DNA of 64,000 nt. It comes from a virus. Lineage: Duplodnaviria > Caudoviricetes. A program made the position numbers and the translations under genes. The stretch is taken from positions 1 through 64,000 of the IMG/VR virus record IMGVR_UViG_2882504083_000001. One strand, written 5' to 3'. Each line of letters starts with the position of its first letter. Within the stretch, counting starts at the first letter, position 1. Below, piece after piece: positions 8,399 through 20,540 of this stretch. The notes beneath the pieces are model-generated. The model was not told the DNA's origin. It ran no database searches and saw only the letters and a list, made by a program, of their open reading frames with translations.

Positions 8399-9532
8399 AT
8401 GAAAATTCTGAAAAGATTGTTCGTATACCATCTTTGTTTTGGGATGCTTGCGTGTGCGACTGTGTACAAAACAGGAAGTTCTTCAGGTTATGCCCATAGC
8501 CAAGGATTCGATCATAACGCCGAGCTTTCAAAGGAGCTGGCAGAATTAAAGTATCCAATGAGTACCGGGCTTTCTATCTCAAAACCGGAAATCAAAGAGA
8601 AGGAATTTTTGGCGTGGCTACGAGCGAATAAAACCAAATTCAATTCCGTTCTCGCAGCAATGGATTCCAATTACCAAATATATACATATATTCATTCGAT
8701 CGAAGGGGTTAAGTCTGAAGTCCTGAAAAAATATTGCGATGAAGTAAAAGAACAGGTAAATAATGGATTCAGAAAAGAGGGCTTCCCCGTAAATCGATTT
8801 GGAACGCTCTGCCGAGGATGGAAAGAGACAATCGCTAATATTGACGCAAGGAATATTCTAAACAATCGAATTACTTTTCAAGTTAGATCTCCGGACAATT
8901 CGTTCGAAAGCCGGGCATTTGAAATCGAGACAAATGTGTTAGAAGCATTAGGAAAAAACGAGAACGTTTCCGTTGTAATCGAAGGTCACGTTGAAGTTAC
9001 TGGTTCATTAGATGCAATAGGACCAGACGAACTGAAACTTGTATATGGTTGTACTGCTTCGATAGATGGAAGCAATTCAATCCGGTATGAAAGTGAAGTT
9101 ATAGATTTAACCGTGAAAAAGAAAGACTTTGCCTTGAACACGATTAACGTAAGCAAAGAGATTTCCACAATTAAATGTTCAATGCGTGTATATGATGAGG
9201 ACGGGTTCTCTCGAAGCGAAAAAGAGACGCTGATCGAATTTACAAACGGAATGGACGGGTTCGTGAAAAATTTAAAAAATCCCTCAAAGGGATTGGAATA
9301 TTTCAAGACTGAAATCGCTCCGTGGATTATTGGAGTGCCTTTGTTCCTTAAACTCTTTGATCTAATCGACCCTAATGATTCCGGGGATATGACCTCCATA
9401 GAATTGGGTAAGAGTCGTGGATTTACTCCTACGATTTATCAAGTTTCCGAACCGGATCGCAACGTAAAACCGATTCGACTCTGGTTTACGGTAAACATAG
9501 AACATACGAACTTCGATAATCCAGCAAAATAG
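8399..9532 (+). CDS. putative lipoprotein
   Basis: MKILKRLFVYHLCFGMLAC lipobox; ATG 8399 preferred over 8363. Confidence 0.7.
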   Translation: MKILKRLFVYHLCFGMLACATVYKTGSSSGYAHSQGFDHNAELSKELAELKYPMSTGLSISKPEIKEKEFLAWLRANKTKFNSVLAAMDSNYQIYTYIHSIEGVKSEVLKKYCDEVKEQVNNGFRKEGFPVNRFGTLCRGWKETIANIDARNILNNRITFQVRSPDNSFESRAFEIETNVLEALGKNENVSVVIEGHVEVTGSLDAIGPDELKLVYGCTASIDGSNSIRYESEVIDLTVKKKDFALNTINVSKEISTIKCSMRVYDEDGFSRSEKETLIEFTNGMDGFVKNLKNPSKGLEYFKTEIAPWIIGVPLFLKLFDLIDPNDSGDMTSIELGKSRGFTPTIYQVSEPDRNVKPIRLWFTVNIEHTNFDNPAK

Positions 9533-9683
9533 GGATCGTAGGTAGATAACTGAATTATAATCGTATAGAATCAAAATAAGTTTAGTATCAAAACTTGTTT
9601 CAGAGAATCAAAAAAAACTTGCGGACGCTCCGGCATCGACGTCATGCTATATACAAAATCTTTAATTCTTTTAAAGGGGAATA

Positions 9684-10289
9684 ATGAAAAGAATCGTATG
9701 TGTGGCAGGGATGTTGTTTTCGATCTTGCTGGTTTCTTCCAATTGCGCGTTTTCGGAAGGAACGATTAGAGCTGACTATCCAAATCCAATTCTAAACGAA
9801 AAAACCAAAAAGAACGTCACTTTGATTTTTCAAAAATCGGATGATTCACCTGTTTCGATCGTAGACGGATTCAACAGGGAAGGAATTCGTAAGAATAGTT
9901 TAGGATTCGAGACCGCGCACATGTTCACCGATCCGAAAGGGCCGCAGATGTTGAAAGAGATTTTAACAATGGAGTTAAAGAACTCTGGAATCGATGTAGT
10001 AGAAAGCTCAGATTCAGCTAAAGCACCTCAATTGGAATTAGAATTACTCCATTTATTTATGGAGGTAGAAGTCGGAATATTCGCAGGCGATATTGTAACG
10101 ATCATCGATGCAGATATTATAATGAAGACGAATGGGAAGGTATATAAAAGGAGATTCAAAGGGATAGGGGAATCGAGGACAATTCTCTGGATAGATCATT
10201 TTTATAAGAAATCACTTAAAAGATCCCTCGAAGACTTTGTAAAGAAGTCTGTCCCGGAAATTATCACTCTTATTAACGAGAAATCTTAA
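9684..10289 (+). CDS. YajG-like lipoprotein
   Basis: SSNC lipobox; GIRKNSLGFETA and ELKNSG segments resemble YajG/Lipoprotein_16. Confidence 0.55.
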   Translation: MKRIVCVAGMLFSILLVSSNCAFSEGTIRADYPNPILNEKTKKNVTLIFQKSDDSPVSIVDGFNREGIRKNSLGFETAHMFTDPKGPQMLKEILTMELKNSGIDVVESSDSAKAPQLELELLHLFMEVEVGIFAGDIVTIIDADIIMKTNGKVYKRRFKGIGESRTILWIDHFYKKSLKRSLEDFVKKSVPEIITLINEKS

Positions 10290-10462
10290 TGCGCGGAGTT
10301 ATGAAAATGAAACTTAGAAATCTGATACTGTTACTTTTGTTATCTTTCTTTTTTGGTAACTGTTTTTATCAATTGATATACATTGATCGTGTGGACCGGA
10401 CGGAGCCGCAGTGGAAAGTTACGGAAGAAGAGAAGAAAGAACTGAAGAAGGTGACTAAGTAG
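10289..10462 (+). CDS. 57-aa lipoprotein-like peptide, absent from ORF track
   Basis: MRGVMKMKLRNLILLLLLSFFFGNC...VTK*; TAATG coupling to upstream gene; possibly truncated. Confidence 0.55.
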   Translation: MRGVMKMKLRNLILLLLLSFFFGNCFYQLIYIDRVDRTEPQWKVTEEEKKELKKVTK

Positions 10463-10607
10463 AGTTCCTCGCTTCGTTGGGGATCGTTAATGCGACCCTA
10501 ACTCTGGAGTAAAGCCGCATCGCGCATGTGCGCTTGCGACCGCAATGTCAAGGAGGCTCTTTCGTTATGCGCAAATTTACAAAAGATAATTAACAACAAG
10601 GATTATA

Positions 10608-11447
10608 ATGAAGAAGGCTTTTTTGATATTTTACACACTTATAGTAACCTCAAATACAATTTCTGCTGAATCAGATTCTAAGAGGGGGAATTTATTTATT
10701 GAGGCTACTTATTCGGAAGGGTTTAAATACCCGAAGGCGAAATTAAATAGAATTGATGATAGCGTAATGGATAAGGAAAATAATTTATATACGCAACCTG
10801 ATGTAATTGGATATTATACTTACAATTACGGAACCACTGCAGAAAAGGTTGCTAGCGTATATGTCTTTGACCATTCTCCAAAGCCAAAGTTATTTGGACA
10901 AACTACAAGCCTTCTCTTTGAATATGTTATGAAATCTACTTTTGGAATCGGGCTTAGTCTAAATAGTTCAAATTTTCAAGCTTCTCACCTTAGCTATCCA
11001 AAGTTCGATTCGTTATTCGATTTAGGTCTTATTAAGAATGCAACGCCAGGATTTGCCGGCTTTTCCGTTGACCAGCTTATCGGTTACGAGATTTTGCTTC
11101 CATATCAGACTCACCATGACAACGAGTTTTTAAAAATAAGAACTGCGAATATAAACTTCTCATATCACTTCTTAAAGGAATCCAATTTCGATCCGTACAT
11201 TAGAATAGCTTTCGGCTATGGAAAAGAAGGCGTCACTGATTCGAAAATATATCAAAGTAGCCTTATAATCGGAACACGTTATTTTATGAATAATAGACTT
11301 TACTTACTCTGCGAAGTTGTCGGTAATAACTATGATGCGTATAGGGTGACTAACGGGACTTTAAAAAATATACTAAACGAAAAAAATAGGCATGTTTGGT
11401 CGTTACAAGAATATTCCGCAAAAGTCGGTTTAGGTATCAATTTCTAA
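10608..11447 (+). CDS. putative outer-membrane beta-barrel protein
   Basis: Signal peptide, alternating aromatic beta-strands, C-terminal KVGLGINF with terminal Phe. Confidence 0.65.
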   Translation: MKKAFLIFYTLIVTSNTISAESDSKRGNLFIEATYSEGFKYPKAKLNRIDDSVMDKENNLYTQPDVIGYYTYNYGTTAEKVASVYVFDHSPKPKLFGQTTSLLFEYVMKSTFGIGLSLNSSNFQASHLSYPKFDSLFDLGLIKNATPGFAGFSVDQLIGYEILLPYQTHHDNEFLKIRTANINFSYHFLKESNFDPYIRIAFGYGKEGVTDSKIYQSSLIIGTRYFMNNRLYLLCEVVGNNYDAYRVTNGTLKNILNEKNRHVWSLQEYSAKVGLGINF

Positions 11448-11468
11448 CAATTTGCAATTCAGCGTATA

Positions 11469-11681
11469 ATATCATTTGGCTCTTATTTGATTGGCGAGCG
11501 GGTCGGGTTTGATGAATTCTCAAGGCGTTTGTGTAAGTTATATTTTACCAACGCAGTAGTGAGTACGTTAGATTTATTTACAGGAAAAGTATTGAAATAC
11601 GAAACACCTGTGTACAACTACAACGAATAAGTATAACCCATGTCTCCGGTCTAGAGTGTTACCGATGTGCCAGAACATACA
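11469..11681 (+). mobile_element. right-end remnant of an IS481-like element
   Basis: Transposase-like tail YLIGERVGFDE...KLYF...LD to TAA 11630, then tandem GTRTWACC.ATGT repeats ending in ACA. Confidence 0.55.
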
Positions 11682-11945
11682 AAAGGGTAGGGGAAAAAGG
11701 GCGACAGAATTACATATTATCGGAAGTAGGTGGGACCACAAAGTCCTTGATTGTTAAAGAAAAGTAAAATACGCAATTGTATTTTTTCTTAATAAATAAA
11801 TGAAATTACTCTTGAACCAATGGGACGCATTATTTTAAGTTAGTTAGAACTAATTGATATACGAATATATGGAATAAGTCATGTATTTATATAAAGTCGG
11901 AAATGAGAATTTAATCAAAATATCATAATGCTATTCTTTTAGAAA

Positions 11946-13031
11946 ATGAAAACAATATATCTAGATAACAATGTTTATGATGCTGTGCTTAGAGAAGAAG
12001 TTAACGCTAAAAAATTATGGGCAGACCTGCTTAGCCTAAGTAATGGAGGCAATGCTCGCGTTTTGTATTCTTTAGCCAATATTTCGGAGGCTCCCAAGGA
12101 TGGGAAAGTTATAGCTTTAATGCGAACCTTATGCAAAAATAACTATCTAAACGAGAAATATCAGATAGTTGAAAGAGATCCTCAAGAGCTTCATCGAACT
12201 TTGCATGAAAATTCACTTGAAAGTGATAAACTTATAATGACTGAAAGTTTGTCAATAGCAGCTCCGCCATTTGATCTGAGGCCTTACTTAAATACATTAG
12301 GATTTGGACCACAAAGACTTAACAATATTTCCGAAGAAGAAATTTTTCCTGTTTTAACGGATTTGTTTGATAAATTACTTTCAAATGGAACCGCAAATGT
12401 AGCCGGAGGTCCTTATGCGAATTTTGACATGGATAAGTTCGTGAAAGAAAGGCAAGCGCAAAGTATAGATCTGATTGAAAAACAAGAGAAGTCAACTGTA
12501 GCCGAACTTATAAAAATCAAAGATGATTTAATATCATCAACTGAGCAATACTCAAAATTATTCGACCTTGATATTGCATTATCAAGGGAAATTATAGCTC
12601 CTAAATTAGCTGAGATAGATTCACAATTAAACGTCTTTCGAATGCAGGTAGCCGATACAAAACGGAAACTCAAAGAACAAAAAAAATCCGATGGTGTTCA
12701 AATTAAAAATTTTAAAGATTTCTTGGAATTTCTATATTATGCAGTGGATCCCCCGATTACTACATTATTTGGTAAGATTCAGTTACATTTTAGTTTACTT
12801 GATTCTTTTGGCTATTATCCAGATACTAAAAAGAAGAAAAGGAAAGAACGGGATGGAGGATACTGGGTTGAGATATGGGATACAAATCATCTTTTATTTG
12901 CTTTGAACTGCGACTATTTTATTACTAAAGATTTCGGATTTTATTCGCGAGCAAATGCAATTATAAAATACCACAACTTGAATTTAAGAATACTTTCTAT
13001 TGAACAATGTGAAAAAGAATGGTTCGATTGA
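11946..13031 (+). CDS. PIN-like domain protein with large helical insertion
   Basis: IYLDNNVY at N-terminus; WDTNHLLFALNCDYFITKD at C-terminus; coiled-coil-like middle. Confidence 0.6.
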   Translation: MKTIYLDNNVYDAVLREEVNAKKLWADLLSLSNGGNARVLYSLANISEAPKDGKVIALMRTLCKNNYLNEKYQIVERDPQELHRTLHENSLESDKLIMTESLSIAAPPFDLRPYLNTLGFGPQRLNNISEEEIFPVLTDLFDKLLSNGTANVAGGPYANFDMDKFVKERQAQSIDLIEKQEKSTVAELIKIKDDLISSTEQYSKLFDLDIALSREIIAPKLAEIDSQLNVFRMQVADTKRKLKEQKKSDGVQIKNFKDFLEFLYYAVDPPITTLFGKIQLHFSLLDSFGYYPDTKKKKRKERDGGYWVEIWDTNHLLFALNCDYFITKDFGFYSRANAIIKYHNLNLRILSIEQCEKEWFD

Positions 13032-13152
13032 TTTCATGTTACATCGTAAAGTTTCGTCTCCTCGCTTTGTTAGTGCAAAAACGCTTGTGAGCGTAAAGTC
13101 GAGAGGGCTCTTTCATTAAATGGCATGCTAAAAGATATTCTGGAATACTATT

Positions 13153-13938
13153 ATGATGCTCTATAAATACAGATCAATAAATGAATTTACTTTTAAACTG
13201 ATATTGGACAACGAACTTTATTTCGCAAAGCCATCTGAATTTAATGATCCTTTTGATTCTAGGACAAAGACCATTTACCACGGAACATTTAATGAATGGT
13301 ATACTTTATTTCGTAGGAATGGAATGAATCATGATGAGTCAAAGCAAAAAGCTGAAGAATGGGAAGGGAAGGTAATTGATGATTCAATGTTGGGGGATAG
13401 GCAGGCCTCGGATGACGAAAACAGAATATTATGTCTTTCACAGGTTCGGGATAATATTCTAATGTGGGCTCACTATGCAGATCAGCATAGAGGTATTTGT
13501 CTGGGATTTGAAGTTACTGAATTGAAAAAAAGTAGAGGATTGGAACTTGAAGAAGACGATTTCGAACTTCCAAATCCCAATTATCCGAAAGGTTATCTGT
13601 CAATACTCGATGTCAACTATAATAATGTAATGCCGCCGCCATTAAATTTACTCAAGGAATCTCCTTCTGAGATATTTCGGTTCTTACTAAGGAAAAATGA
13701 AGACTGGAAATATGAATATGAATCACGTTTATTTTTGGTAAATGATTGGATAAAAAGAAATCCAGTTCGTTTTAAGAAAAAAATACTTAAAGAGATTATT
13801 TTTGGATTAAGAATGTCGGAGACTGATAAAAAAATAATCCGAGATATTATTACTAAAAATTACGTAGAGAATGGCTTCGATGTTCGAATTTTTCAATGTC
13901 ATGAAAGCGATGTTAATTATCAGCTTTCCATCAATTAA
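13153..13938 (+). CDS. DUF2971 domain protein
   Basis: LYKYRS, LYFAKPSEFNDPFD, LCLS..DNILMWAHYA..HRGICLGF, WKYEYESR. Confidence 0.88.
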   Translation: MMLYKYRSINEFTFKLILDNELYFAKPSEFNDPFDSRTKTIYHGTFNEWYTLFRRNGMNHDESKQKAEEWEGKVIDDSMLGDRQASDDENRILCLSQVRDNILMWAHYADQHRGICLGFEVTELKKSRGLELEEDDFELPNPNYPKGYLSILDVNYNNVMPPPLNLLKESPSEIFRFLLRKNEDWKYEYESRLFLVNDWIKRNPVRFKKKILKEIIFGLRMSETDKKIIRDIITKNYVENGFDVRIFQCHESDVNYQLSIN

Positions 13939-14894
13939 TTTAGCACGTCGAAAAATTGCGCTTACGAGACTTTTTCTATGCCTCATTCAACTCTTTCGCA
14001 CATAATTGATAGAGGATGTAACGTCGAAGGACTTCGTTAGTGCAAAAATTTGTAATTATGAAATATTCAGAAAAAGTTAATCAATTTCTAAGTGAATATA
14101 TACCAGGTCCTAAAATATATTCTCAGACCTACTATCATTATACGAAACTTTCTACTCTTATTGAAATTCTAAAAAATCGGGAAGTATGGTTCACCGATAT
14201 ATCGTTTCAAAATGATACAACTGAGTTCAGCTACGGTTTAGAAAGAGCAAAGAAAGTATTTTCTATTGTAAAGACGAGTATGGATCTATCTGACTTTTCA
14301 AATAAGGTTGCTGATTCATTTGAGAAAGAGATCGATAACATGGGCAGAAATTTTCGTATTTTCACTTTTTCATTAACGTTGAATCGAGATAACCTCGTTC
14401 ATTGGTCTCGATATGCACGATCAAATCAAGGGGTATCTATTGGTTTTGATATTTACCAGCTCGGCCTTGCTGAAAGAGAAGGAGAGCTCCCGGCTTCATT
14501 CATACCGTATCAAGTAATCTATGATAATGACGCTCAAGCAAAAGCATTTGAAAAATTATTTAAATGCTATCTAGATCATGTTCAGACGACCCAGGGTCTG
14601 ACTAATGTAGATGTTCGTCAAATCGGTAGCTTAACAATTGCAATGGCAACTCATTTATGTTCTTTTTTTAAAAATGAGCATTTCGTAGATGAGAATGAAT
14701 TACGATTCATAAAATCTGTCGACGTCAGAGAACCTAAAAAGGTCCAATTCCGATTCCAAAATGAGACTATGATACCCTATATCATTTGTGATCTGGCAAA
14801 CGAAAAAGTAACACCAGCAAATCTGATTAAGGAATTGATACTTGCCCGCGGTGCGAAAATAAATAAAGTAGCAATGGAAATATTTTGTAACCGC

Positions 14895-16472
<1,578 letters not shown>

Positions 16473-16512
16473 TCGGATTCAGTCTTAATACTTTCTTTTC
16501 TTGAGTCAAACA

Positions 16513-16853
<341 letters not shown>

Positions 16854-16863
<10 letters not shown>

Positions 16864-17144
16864 CGTCCTAAACTAAACTGAACGTTTACTTGGAGCGATG
16901 CCTTCCCCGACGTATCTATCTTTAGGGTCAAAAATTCGGCTTCTACCAATGACTGAGAATTTGTCGAGGAAGGAGGAATTTCTACAAAGTCGTTCTTCTC
17001 TGAATGCTTAGAACGTCTCTCCCAATGATATCGAAACGTCGTGTATTTGAGGTGTCTTTCTTTACAATACTGAGGCTGGGAAAGTCCACTCTTTGAAAAG
17101 TCATCAAACTCTTTGGGCCAATCTATTTTCGTTTTTTTCATCAA
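16854..17144 (-). CDS. tnpA: IS66 accessory HTH protein
   Basis: SGLSQPQYC...LKYTTFRYHW; first ORF of the IS. Confidence 0.85.
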
Positions 17145-17396
17145 AGACAGTTTACAACATTTATACGATTAGAAAAAGGTGCGGTTGTTTAGGCGCTTAC
17201 AATATTTTGCAAGCAGTACGACCTTGATCATAATATAATTCACGACTCCAAGGTTCCTTACAGAGCTGAATACGGCGGTTAACTCAGAATTTCACTCTTC
17301 ACTTTGCATCCGGATTAATATAATTCTTAGAAAATTGTCCTGATCAAATGAGACATAATCCTGATGTGACAGAACATACATTCAAGGAAGTTAGGG

Positions 17397-17705
17397 CTAC
17401 GCATGGACTTTCGGAACATGGTAGAGTTCTTTATTGCCTTTCTTGAATACTATTTCGGCCCCGAGTGCTTCGATTACACTTATTAAGCTATTGAAAGTAG
17501 GGTTGTCTCTTTTTCCTGACTTAATATCTTGAATTACGGTTGGGGATAGATTGGTCTTTTCCGCAAGCTCTCGCACGGATATATGCTCTTGTTCCATAAG
17601 TTCGCTTATCATTTCAGAAAGATAAAACTCGTTATACTTTTTTTCAAAGGATTTTCGCCTTTGAGGGTTTTGCATAATTCTATCGAAAGTGGATTTACTT
17701 TTCAT
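17397..17705 (-). CDS. XRE-HTH antitoxin (HigA-like)
   Basis: ISVRELAEKTNLSPTVIQDIKSG..NPTF HTH; downstream of toxin. Confidence 0.85.
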   Translation of the reverse strand: MKSKSTFDRIMQNPQRRKSFEKKYNEFYLSEMISELMEQEHISVRELAEKTNLSPTVIQDIKSGKRDNPTFNSLISVIEALGAEIVFKKGNKELYHVPKVHA

Positions 17706-18093
17706 AATATGCCCCTGCCTCTGTCCTTTCTAAATAATCTTTCCGAAATGCTACTGCTCTAGCTTTTTCGTTAGCTGGTAACTTGTCTTGCCTCTTTGGA
17801 AATCCATTCGTGATTATTATCTTTTTCCCCACGGTGAAAAAACAAAGAAACCTGTTTGGTTTAGGTTTAAAGGCGAAAATTTTATCACCTTCATTCCGGA
17901 ACTTTTGTTCATTGAATATTTTTCCTGTATCAGCCATCTTTTTCACGAGTACAAGAAAGTCATCTTGCTCATCTATTGAAAGACCTTCAAAGAATTCTAA
18001 AGAGACAGATTTAGAATTTTTATCAAAGAACCATTCGATTTGAAACACCGGACCTTGATAAACTAAATATTCAGGTTTTTTTACTTTTCGCAT
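17695..18093 (-). CDS. RelE/ParE-superfamily toxin (HigB/Gp49-like)
   Basis: KIFAFKPKPNRFLCFF...IIITNGFPKRQDKLP..E..RA. Confidence 0.88.
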   Translation of the reverse strand: MRKVKKPEYLVYQGPVFQIEWFFDKNSKSVSLEFFEGLSIDEQDDFLVLVKKMADTGKIFNEQKFRNEGDKIFAFKPKPNRFLCFFTVGKKIIITNGFPKRQDKLPANEKARAVAFRKDYLERTEAGAYYEK

Positions 18094-18099
18094 TGTAAC

Positions 18100-18127
18100 A
18101 ATATAGTGGTACGGACGTGATTGTCAA
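18100..18127 (-). promoter_or_regulatory. sigma70 promoter for the TA operon, probably leaderless
   Basis: TTGACA-N16-TATATT ending 6 nt before ATG 18093. Confidence 0.65.
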
Positions 18128-18262
18128 CAGGGAAATCTCGAGGCGGAGCAAAAGCACAACAAGTGTATGCTTACTATATGACTACCGATAATGTACATTA
18201 TGTCACATAGAATTATGTCCTTTAATAAATGAGTAGAAAATGGCATTATCGGAAGTTGCCTG

Positions 18263-18470
18263 TTGCATCACATAATAATCTACTCCAAATCTTAGAAGAA
18301 TCAATATAGTGCATTCTTTCGTTAGATGGTTGAGGTGCATTATGAAACTGAATCTACAGGAGAGACACATGGTCACGAAGATCTTCAAGGAGAGAGACCG
18401 TTGGGCTTTCAAGAAAGAAAAAAGTCTGATTCTCGATGAATTCGTAGAAGTCACCGGGTATAATCGATCC
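18263..18470 (+). mobile_element. 5' remnant of an ISNCY/integrase-type transposase element
   Basis: ATG 18342 MKLNLQERHMVTKIF...KKEKSLILDEFVEVTGYNRS resembles the N-terminus of this transposase type; left limit approximate. Confidence 0.55.
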
Positions 18471-18657
18471 TCTTACGAGTTCGCTTAAGTCTTTCTTGAG
18501 CTGGGTCTCATCCACTTTGATTACTTTCAAGTGCGTTTTTTCTTCTTCTGCCTTCATTGGGGGTTCTCCTTTTTTTGAATTTGATCGTTACAAACTCAAT
18601 CGGCAAGGAGAGCCTTCTCATTCTTTCTTAAATCTGAGAAATATTTAGGACGTTATC
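18465..18657 (-). mobile_element. 5' remnant of an IS256-family element
   Basis: MKAEEEKTHLKVIKVDETQLKKDLSELVRGS N-terminus; end GATAACGTCC resembles the IS256 terminal IR. Confidence 0.6.
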
Positions 18658-18787
18658 TAAATCTTCTACTCCATTTTTCAAAGCAATTCACAATTGCCGT
18701 GAGCCTAAAAAAACAGAATTAAAAACGGCGATCGAAATTTTAGATAGCACATTTAATTTCATAGATATGCAGAAGTTTAATTTAGCA

Positions 18788-19342
18788 TTATAAATATTTA
18801 TTTTTTATATTAAGACTCGTGTAAGGAACAGTTGTACGAAAATTGTATTTGAATATTCGCCGGTAAGATTTCTTTACAAATGCCAATTTTCTATTTTCTA
18901 TTTGTTTTAACCTAAATAATTCTGTTTTATCAATAAGCGTAAATTTAATTTCATTGGGTTGTTGGGTAAGTTTTTTTTCTATACTGGCAAAAGGGACTAT
19001 AATTTGAACAAATGTAAATCTTTTTGTATTTGTTGATTTAGCATTGTGCGTACCTGAATTACTGACAATATTGAATTTTAATTTTTTCATGCCTTCAACA
19101 AATACTTGGAAACTGTCACCGCTTAAAGTTTCACCAAGATTTAATTTTGAGTGAACGCAAATAATTGCTTTCTTCGGATTCAGTTCTTTTTTATTTTTTG
19201 CCCAACTATTCCTATCTGTTTTATATTTTAAACATTTCCCTTTTTTAGGAATTTCAACCACTGATGAGATATTCCATTTTCTAGATGTAATATCTGCCGA
19301 ATCGCATTCCATCGAAACGTACTGTGTAATGTATTCAGACAA
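18788..19342 (-). CDS. hypothetical protein, gene 3 of AT-rich operon
   Basis: 184-aa basic ORF, 9 nt after gene 2. Confidence 0.6.
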   Translation of the reverse strand: MSEYITQYVSMECDSADITSRKWNISSVVEIPKKGKCLKYKTDRNSWAKNKKELNPKKAIICVHSKLNLGETLSGDSFQVFVEGMKKLKFNIVSNSGTHNAKSTNTKRFTFVQIIVPFASIEKKLTQQPNEIKFTLIDKTELFRLKQIENRKLAFVKKSYRRIFKYNFRTTVPYTSLNIKNKYL

Positions 19343-19351
19343 AATTCTTAC

Positions 19352-19828
19352 CTATAAATTTTTAAGAAGTTCACCATAGTTTTCAGGTGTTATCGAAAAC
19401 ATTTCTTCTACTTGGTCAGTATCTAATTCCATTTCAATATCTTTAACAATCTTAGCTATAAGCCTTAAATCTCTTTCGGTTATTTTTGAGTCTAATGAAA
19501 TTACATATTTGTTCCCATTATTGTTGATTTCGGATTCAAACTCTTCTTCGGAAATGGATTCACTTTCTAAATCATTTAATAATTTTAAGAAATTATTCTT
19601 TTTTAACAAATTTCGAATTGCTAACGTTTTAAATTTATCTAAATCAGAAATATCTCCAAGCCTCTCGCGAAATTTAGACAGCATAGCTTCAAATTCGCTA
19701 TGTCTAAATTCGAATTTTATAATTCTGTTATACGTATTTAAGTTATCTATTGTTACCTTTTTAGCAGAAGACATTGATTTCTCTTGTGTCGCTGGAAAGT
19801 TTAATAAATCTTCTATTTCGACGCCCAT
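19352..19828 (-). CDS. hypothetical acidic helical protein, gene 2 of AT-rich operon
   Basis: 158-aa ORF overlapping gene 1 stop, with SD GGAGG. Confidence 0.65.
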   Translation of the reverse strand: MGVEIEDLLNFPATQEKSMSSAKKVTIDNLNTYNRIIKFEFRHSEFEAMLSKFRERLGDISDLDKFKTLAIRNLLKKNNFLKLLNDLESESISEEEFESEINNNGNKYVISLDSKITERDLRLIAKIVKDIEMELDTDQVEEMFSITPENYGELLKNL

Positions 19829-20379
19829 CTGTTTACCTCCTCTATGTTTTTATTTATTGTCTCTTTAACAGAAACTTTAATAAATGTTTCTCTATTAAAG
19901 CGGTTTAAAAATTGTACTTGAAGTTTATTGTTAACCAATGAAACGAGCATCTCTTTGTTTAAAATTCCAGGTTCGGTTTTTATAAATTTAAAAGCCGAAA
20001 GTTGATAGCCCGCAACATTCATTTTATTTAATATTTCGATTGCATTTTTCTCTGATTTTTCCGAATCAATAGAAAAAGTCAATTCGATGACTGCCGAAGA
20101 AACAGGGGTATGCTGTAGATTTCCTAAAATTTTATCGGCAATAATTTTAGCATTAACTAATGTATCTTTTTTAATGTCGTTACATACAATCTTAATTGTT
20201 GAAGCGGACGGATAAATAGAAATATTATTAAGGGAATAACCAAATTCAATATCTTTTACGCTAAACAATACATCAAATGAATCTTGCGACTCAAACAAAA
20301 ATTGTTGGACCCAGGGAGGAGTGAAAATCTTTGGATTCCAAGCACCGTTTAATATTAATTGTAATTTTATAGGCTCCAC
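19813..20379 (-). CDS. hypothetical protein, gene 1 of AT-rich operon (TIGR04255-like pattern)
   Basis: LNGAWNPKIFTPPW and ILGNLQHTPV motifs. Confidence 0.55.
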   Translation of the reverse strand: MEPIKLQLILNGAWNPKIFTPPWVQQFLFESQDSFDVLFSVKDIEFGYSLNNISIYPSASTIKIVCNDIKKDTLVNAKIIADKILGNLQHTPVSSAVIELTFSIDSEKSEKNAIEILNKMNVAGYQLSAFKFIKTEPGILNKEMLVSLVNNKLQVQFLNRFNRETFIKVSVKETINKNIEEVNRWASK

Positions 20380-20540
20380 AATTACAAGTTTCCTAAGATA
20401 TAATAATCAGCTACTTTTATTATCGAATTGGCCGGTTCAAATTTTTGCGTTTTTTAAAATTACTTATAAAATTTGCAATGAAAATTTCAAAATTGACAAA
20501 ATTGTCTATTATAAAAATAAGTATTAAAGTATCTTTTTTG

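Noticed and set aside
18354-18557. 67-aa protein-coding gene
   Set aside because: Chimera of an IS256 N-terminus and the antisense of another IS fragment
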